The position numbers were made by a program, and so were the translations under genes. From Zymomonas mobilis subsp. mobilis ATCC 10988 (GTDB taxonomy: Bacteria > Pseudomonadota > Alphaproteobacteria > Sphingomonadales > Sphingomonadaceae), in the NCBI RefSeq assembly GCF_000175255.2, contig NC_017262.1, positions 1,950,001 through 1,982,000 on the forward strand: a stretch of 32,000 bases of DNA. The letters run 5' to 3'. Position 1 is the stretch's first letter; every line of letters begins with the position of its first letter. Positions 27,638-32,000 of this stretch are shown here, piece after piece. The notes under the pieces were generated by a model. It ran no database searches, was not told the origin of the DNA, and saw only the letters and a list, made by a program, of their open reading frames with translations.

Positions 27638-28432
27638 ATGCCATTGGGACAGCAAATAGCGCCATATCTCCCTTTACTCCGTCGCTATGCGCGGGCTCTT
27701 ACCGGAGATCAGACCTCGGGTGACCGGCTGGTTCGGGCTACTTTGGAAGCCATCATTGCCGCTCCTGAAATTTTCCCGCATGATGTTGACCCGCGTCTTG
27801 GTCTTTATACGGTTTTCCACCGCTTATGGCAGCAGCATACCGCCAGCCTTTCCGCTGCCAATCATGACGAAGAAGGCAAGGCCGGTATTGCCTACAGCCG
27901 TCTTGCACCGATTACGCCAAAATCACGGCAGGCTCTGCTTCTGACGGCAATGGAAGGTTTCTCGCCCAAGGATTCCGCCTATCTGATGGATGTATCCGAA
28001 GATCAGATTGACGTATGGCTGCAAGAAGCAATTTCCGAAATTGATCGCCAGATTCACAGCAAGGTGCTGATTGTCGAAGATGAACCGATCATCGCCTTTG
28101 ATATTGAAAGTCTTGTCCGCGATTTGGGACATGATGTCATTGGCATCGCAACGACCCGCGATGAGGCGGTCTCTATGGCCAAATCGAACCCGCCGGGATT
28201 GATTTTGTCTGACATTCAGCTCGCTGATGACAGCTCCGGTATCGATGCGGTTCAAGACATTCTGAAAGAAATTGATGTTCCGGTAATTTTCATCACGGCT
28301 TTCCCCGAACGTCTTTTGACCGGAGAACGTCCAGAGCCGACTTTTTTGATTACCAAACCGTTTCAAGTGGATACAATTAAGGCTACTATTGCACAGGCTT
28401 TATTCTGTAATCCTCTAAGTCTCGCCGCCTGA
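27638..28432 (+). CDS. phyR: General stress response anti-anti-sigma response regulator PhyR
   Basis: The N-terminal sigma-like domain (PYLPLLRRYARALTGDQTSGDRLV...ALLLTAMEGFS) is fused to a C-terminal receiver domain (KVLIVEDEPIIA...LILSDIQLAD...ITKPF). This architecture is diagnostic of PhyR. Confidence 0.93.
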   Translation: MPLGQQIAPYLPLLRRYARALTGDQTSGDRLVRATLEAIIAAPEIFPHDVDPRLGLYTVFHRLWQQHTASLSAANHDEEGKAGIAYSRLAPITPKSRQALLLTAMEGFSPKDSAYLMDVSEDQIDVWLQEAISEIDRQIHSKVLIVEDEPIIAFDIESLVRDLGHDVIGIATTRDEAVSMAKSNPPGLILSDIQLADDSSGIDAVQDILKEIDVPVIFITAFPERLLTGERPEPTFLITKPFQVDTIKATIAQALFCNPLSLAA

Positions 28433-28499
28433 TTTTCAGACGGGGTATAAAAAGGCTTGTTTATTGCGCCCGTATCTCAAGATTTTGACGGAGGACAGC

Positions 28500-29198
28500 A
28501 TGATCGAAAATCATGAAAAAGAGACAAATTCTCCGGCTTTTGATTCTTCAAAATTAGCAAAAGACAAAAAGGATTCTTCTCCAATTACTGATGATACGGG
28601 CGATAAACCGGAACATATTTCCTTATCCGACGAAGATTTCAGAATCCAGCTTGCCGAAGTCATTCCCCATCTCCGTGCTTTCGGCCGCTCACTTTCGGGC
28701 AATCGTGACGTTGCCGATGATCTGGTGCAAGAAACGCTGTTAAAGGCATGGGGCGCACGTCAAAGATTTCAGGCTGGCACCAGTATGCGGGCTTGGACTT
28801 TTATTATTTTGCGTAACCTATTCCTGTCTCAAATGCGGCGTTCTCGCTTCAGAAGTGAATGGAATGAAGAGGCTGCTGCCAAACAATTGGTTGTTTCTGC
28901 CGGACAAGATCAGAATTTGATCTTGGGCGATATCCAGCGTGCCTTGGGACATCTTCCTACCGCTCAACGCGAAGCCTTGATCCTCATCGGGGCAGGGGGC
29001 TTTTCTTACGAAGAAGCGGCTGACATTTGCGATTGTGCGGTTGGTACGATCAAAAGTCGGGTGGCGCGCGGACGTGCAGCCTTAGAAAAATTGGTGGATG
29101 GTGAAACGCTGGCTTCCCGTCATAATTCCGAAAGTTCAACACGCTCTGCGCTCGATATGATTATGGATGAAGTAAGCGACCTTAGTAACGGCCGCTAG
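28500..29198 (+). CDS. ecfG: ECF sigma factor, EcfG-like (ECF15 type), with ~45-aa N-terminal extension
   Basis: The region 2 sequence IPHLRAFGRSLSGNRDVADDLVQETLLKAW...MRAWTFIILRNLF and the region 4 sequence LPTAQREALILIGAGGFSYEEAADICDCAVGTIKSRVARGR are sigma-like, and the gene is adjacent to phyR. ATG 28500 is preceded by GGAGGA. Confidence 0.8.
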   Translation: MIENHEKETNSPAFDSSKLAKDKKDSSPITDDTGDKPEHISLSDEDFRIQLAEVIPHLRAFGRSLSGNRDVADDLVQETLLKAWGARQRFQAGTSMRAWTFIILRNLFLSQMRRSRFRSEWNEEAAAKQLVVSAGQDQNLILGDIQRALGHLPTAQREALILIGAGGFSYEEAADICDCAVGTIKSRVARGRAALEKLVDGETLASRHNSESSTRSALDMIMDEVSDLSNGR

Positions 29199-29209
29199 GC
29201 CGTTCTTTT
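29187..29209 (+). terminator. Terminator hairpin enclosing the sigma factor stop codon
   Basis: AACGGCC-GCTA-GGCCGTT followed by CTTTTG. The TAG stop lies in the loop and 3' arm. Confidence 0.6.
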
Positions 29210-29247
29210 GGCGTAATAAAATTGCAGGACAAAGGTCAAATTTCCGC

Positions 29248-29278
29248 GCAGGAAATGCCCTTTTTTCCTGCTTTTTTT
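29248..29278 (+). terminator. Second rho-independent terminator downstream of the sigma factor
   Basis: GCAGGAAA-TGCCCTTT-TTTCCTGC followed by seven Ts. Its 5' arm overlaps a competing hairpin, ATTTCC-GCGCA-GGAAAT (29240-29256). Confidence 0.7.
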
Positions 29279-29411
29279 GTAAAAAGAGCGTCTCTCTTTT
29301 CCTGAAAATGATTTGAACGCATCAGAGCTTCTATTCAGCGTATCTGTGACCGCATCCCCTTGCCCATTTGTTGAATAACAGTATCAATAAAAAGGCTGAT
29401 GGGAGAAGGTA

Positions 29412-30425
29412 ATGATCGCCAAAGACTCTATAAAAAATAGAGCGACCAATGTCGCCGCGCAGGATGAAAAAGGTATGAAATCTGAAAATAATCGTTTTTG
29501 GTTAAAAGCAAGTTTATTGGCGGTTATGATTTCCTCTCCGGCGCTGGCATCCAAACATCACGCTTCGACTAAATCCAGCTCCCACTCTTCTTCTCATGCA
29601 GCAACGCTTCATCAGAAAAAGAGTGCTGCTTTCCATACCTCTTCCAGTCATTTTTCTTCGTCAAGCAAGACAGCTTCTTCAAAAACGGGTCACTTTTTTT
29701 TGGCGCAGCATCAAGGCGGTCGTTATGGCAGCCATTACGCTATGTCGCGCAACGCCTCCCGTTATGCCGTTGCTCATAGAAGTTTTTATCATGGCTTCCA
29801 GCCAATTTCGATTGACCCGTCGCTTCAGATGGTAAACGCCTCTCAGGAAGAACCCATCAATCGCGATAACCAGTATCATAAACTTTTCGTCTCATGGGCA
29901 AAGGCTGATACGGCACAAACGGAAAAAGCCGCTGTTGTGCCTTCTGCTACGCCGGTGAATTCCCGTTTCCTGCTGACCAGTCCTTTCGGGGTTCGTTCCG
30001 ATCCTTTCCACCGCCATGCCGCTATGCATGCGGGCGTTGATTTGGCCGCTCCTTACGGTACCCCCGTTTATGCCAGTGCTGATGGCGTTGTTGATCGGGC
30101 AGGGGGCGCTTCTGGTTATGGTAATCTGGTGGAAATCGACCACGGTCATATGATCCAGACCCGTTATGGCCATTTATCCCGTATTATGGTTCACGAAGGC
30201 CAAGCGATCAAACGCGGCGATCTTATCGCTTTAATGGGGTCAACGGGACGTTCCACGGGTAGCCATTTACATTACGAAGTCCGTATTCAGGGCGAAGCTG
30301 TTAATCCGGTGCCTTTTCTGGCTGTTGATTCCTATCATATGGCTATGCTGGATAATGTCTCTGCCGGTGCGCAGGGTGGACCTGAAAAAGACGTCAAGGA
30401 TGTCAAAGTCCATCATCATAAATAA
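29412..30425 (+). CDS. M23/LytM-family metallopeptidase with Ser/His-rich low-complexity linker
   Basis: C-terminal M23 motifs HAGVDLAAPYGTPV and GSTGRSTGSHLHYEVR. N-terminal hydrophobic signal or anchor (FWLKASLLAVMISSPALA). Start alternatives are 29412 (GGGAGAAGG upstream) and 29475. Confidence 0.88.
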   Translation: MIAKDSIKNRATNVAAQDEKGMKSENNRFWLKASLLAVMISSPALASKHHASTKSSSHSSSHAATLHQKKSAAFHTSSSHFSSSSKTASSKTGHFFLAQHQGGRYGSHYAMSRNASRYAVAHRSFYHGFQPISIDPSLQMVNASQEEPINRDNQYHKLFVSWAKADTAQTEKAAVVPSATPVNSRFLLTSPFGVRSDPFHRHAAMHAGVDLAAPYGTPVYASADGVVDRAGGASGYGNLVEIDHGHMIQTRYGHLSRIMVHEGQAIKRGDLIALMGSTGRSTGSHLHYEVRIQGEAVNPVPFLAVDSYHMAMLDNVSAGAQGGPEKDVKDVKVHHHK

Positions 30426-30516
30426 TCGAAAATGGATATCGCTAAGATCGAAAATCACTTTCAATAGCCTTGTCATGACAGCTTGTCTGTCATGATTTCC
30501 GGCTTATTTTAAAGAA

Positions 30517-30864
30517 ATGACAAACAACCCAACCGACAAAGCAGCGATTATTTTCAGCCCAGAAGCCGCAGAACGCGTTGCGGAAATCGCTCATCAGCAA
30601 AAAAAGCCCGCCATATTACGCTTATCCGTAGAAGGCGGAGGATGCTCCGGTTTCCGTTATCAGTATAATTTGGCTGATAAACCAGAAGCTGATGATTATC
30701 AGGCACCGCAAGGTGACTCTCTGCTTATCGTCGATCCTGTCAGCTTTGATCTTTTGGCAGGTGCCACCGTCAATTTTGTAAAATCTATCAATGGTGCAGC
30801 TTTTCAAATCGACAATCCTAATGCCGTTTCCGGTTGTGGTTGTGGCTCCAGTTTTTCGATCTAA
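30517..30864 (+). CDS. erpA: HesB/IscA-family Fe-S cluster insertion protein (ErpA-like)
   Basis: 115 aa. Contains GGGCSGF and the C-terminal CGCGSSFSI, the three conserved cluster-ligand Cys residues of A-type carriers. Confidence 0.85.
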   Translation: MTNNPTDKAAIIFSPEAAERVAEIAHQQKKPAILRLSVEGGGCSGFRYQYNLADKPEADDYQAPQGDSLLIVDPVSFDLLAGATVNFVKSINGAAFQIDNPNAVSGCGCGSSFSI

Positions 30865-31649
30865 TGCGCAAGATTGCTAGCTTTAATGTAAACGGTATCA
30901 ATGCTCGTTTACCCCGATTGATAGAATGGCTTGAAAAATTTCAGCCCGATATTCTCTGTCTGCAAGAATTAAAATCGGATGATGCCCGTTTTCCTCAAGA
31001 AGAAATTGAAAAAACGGGATATTACTGCCTGTATCACGGACAAAAAGCCTATAATGGCGTCGCTATTCTTTCAAAAGAACAGCCTAAACTTATCAGAACA
31101 AGCCTTCCTGACGATCCTGACCCGACACAATCACGCTATATTGAGGCCGCGATTGATAATTTAACGGTCTCCAGTCTTTATCTTCCGAATGGCAACCCAC
31201 TCAACAGCTCCAAATATGACTATAAATTGGCATGGTTCAAAGCCTTTTTGGCACATGCCCGTTCTTTATGGCAGCAAGAAAAATCGGTTATTCTTGCTGG
31301 CGATTATAATGTCGTGCCGTCTTTCGATATAAAAGATATTCGGAATGCTGCCGCGCTTGCCGATAATGCGCTGTTAGCCCCCGACAGCCTTTTTTATTGG
31401 CGGCAATTATTGGCCATGGGATGGACAGATAGCTTGCGTGTCCGCCACCCATCTGAACCTCTTTACAGTTTTTGGGATTATCAGGCACAAAGCTGGCCGC
31501 GCGATGACGGTATGCGGATCGACCATATTTTGCTTACGCCTGATTTGGCCGATGGCTTGACCGATTCTGGTGTCGATCGCCAGATGCGAGGGCAAGAAAA
31601 GGCCAGCGACCACGCCCCCGTCTGGATAGAAATTGACGATAAAAAATAA
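30864..31649 (+). CDS. xthA: Exodeoxyribonuclease III (AP endonuclease)
   Basis: MRKIASFNVNGINARL...DILCLQELK...GDYNVVP...SDHAPVW are the ExoIII/EEP family motifs. The start ATG shares one base with the erpA stop (TAATG). The ORF-track start at 30834 is upstream and inside erpA. Confidence 0.93.
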   Translation: MRKIASFNVNGINARLPRLIEWLEKFQPDILCLQELKSDDARFPQEEIEKTGYYCLYHGQKAYNGVAILSKEQPKLIRTSLPDDPDPTQSRYIEAAIDNLTVSSLYLPNGNPLNSSKYDYKLAWFKAFLAHARSLWQQEKSVILAGDYNVVPSFDIKDIRNAAALADNALLAPDSLFYWRQLLAMGWTDSLRVRHPSEPLYSFWDYQAQSWPRDDGMRIDHILLTPDLADGLTDSGVDRQMRGQEKASDHAPVWIEIDDKK

Positions 31650-31676
31650 TCGTCGAGAAATTACTGTTTTCTAGGA

Positions 31677-31724
31677 AAATCTTTCTTATCCCCTGACAAT
31701 CGGTCGGGTGGATAAGAAAGATTT
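31677..31724. terminator. Long hairpin between convergent xthA and GNAT-like gene
   Basis: Perfect 15-bp arms AAATCTTTCTTATCC / GGATAAGAAAGATTT. The 18-nt interior can itself pair partly (CCTGAC/GTCGGG). GTTTTA follows. Confidence 0.7.
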
Positions 31725-31727
31725 GTT

Positions 31728-32000
31728 TTAAATACTTTTGCTATAAATACGGTAAATGCGGTTCACTTCACTTTTAATCGCCGTTGCAATCGACCGCATT
31801 CCCTGATTATTATCCAAAATCCAGCCAATTTCGCCTCTGGTCGCGCCAAAGTCTTTTACTGAATTACGCCGGATATATTCAATCATCATAAAGGCCATCT
31901 GCCCAGCCAAACGCGAGGCTTGAAATTTTTTTCTGACCCCCATCAAAGGCACGCGCATCGTTCTTACTTTAGGATGTCGGAGCCACCACAACATTTTAAC
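31728..32000 (-). CDS. C-terminal fragment of a GNAT-like acyltransferase family protein (N-terminus off-window)
   Basis: The ORF is open to the window edge. PLMGVRKKFQ...GEIGWILDNNQGMRSIA...YRIYSK resembles the C-terminal half of conserved ~380-aa GNAT-fold proteins. The product assignment is tentative. Confidence 0.45.
   Translation of the reverse strand, partial: VKMLWWLRHPKVRTMRVPLMGVRKKFQASRLAGQMAFMMIEYIRRNSVKDFGATRGEIGWILDNNQGMRSIATAIKSEVNRIYRIYSKSI

Noticed and set aside
27923-28366. 147-aa - strand ORF antisense to phyR, considered as a possible hidden NepR or anti-sigma gene
   Set aside because: It has no resemblance to the NepR helix pattern and no RBS, and it lies fully inside the conserved receiver domain coding sequence.
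1-32000. Search for CRISPR arrays, tRNA/rRNA genes, IS elements, integrases or known defence-system genes
   Set aside because: I saw no regularly spaced repeats, no cloverleaf-like or rRNA-like sequences, and no transposase, integrase or defence-domain ORFs. The only tandem repeats are the 2 x 14 bp unit at 3229-3256 and the short coding repeats in the helicase tail.

Overview
This 32 kb window looks like ordinary core chromosome of a moderately AT-rich alphaproteobacterium. The evidence is a PhyR/EcfG stress locus, a MucR/Ros regulator and an alpha-type Cys-poor Fur. Gene content and composition resemble Sphingomonadales such as Zymomonas, but that is inference only. I could support 26 protein-coding genes, one pseudogene relic and 15 regulatory or structural sites.

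Gene order, left to right:
- NodT-type outer-membrane efflux factor (5' end off-window)
- DAGK-family lipid kinase
- orphan RadC-like JAB protein in an AT-rich patch
- ThiE-like protein
- clpB with a clear sigma-32 promoter
- two tandem paralogous ~950-aa M16 zinc peptidases
- purK-purE
- ubiA
- relic of an L,D-transpeptidase
- RGG-tailed DEAD-box helicase with a structured leader
- translationally coupled nfu-tsaB-rimI
- mucR/ros
- fur convergent with bfr-bfd; bfd is 57 aa and missing from the ORF track, and a 16/19 Fur box sits in its promoter
- IMPase-family protein
- DPP-IV-type S9 peptidase
- asd
- alpha/beta hydrolase
- phyR followed by an EcfG-like ECF sigma
- M23 peptidase
- erpA-xthA
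- C-terminal fragment of a GNAT-like gene

I saw no tRNA or rRNA genes, CRISPR arrays, transposases, integrases or recognisable defence-system genes. I therefore do not see a convincing novel multi-gene system here.

The observations most worth following up are:
1. The PhyR-EcfG locus has no detectable nepR, and its sigma factor carries an obligatory N-terminal extension.
2. The RadC-like JAB gene is an orphan, with a perfect 14-bp tandem repeat abutting its start codon.
3. The helicase leader can form mutually exclusive hairpins, one of which sequesters the ribosome-binding site.
4. An L,D-transpeptidase pseudogene lies downstream of ubiA.
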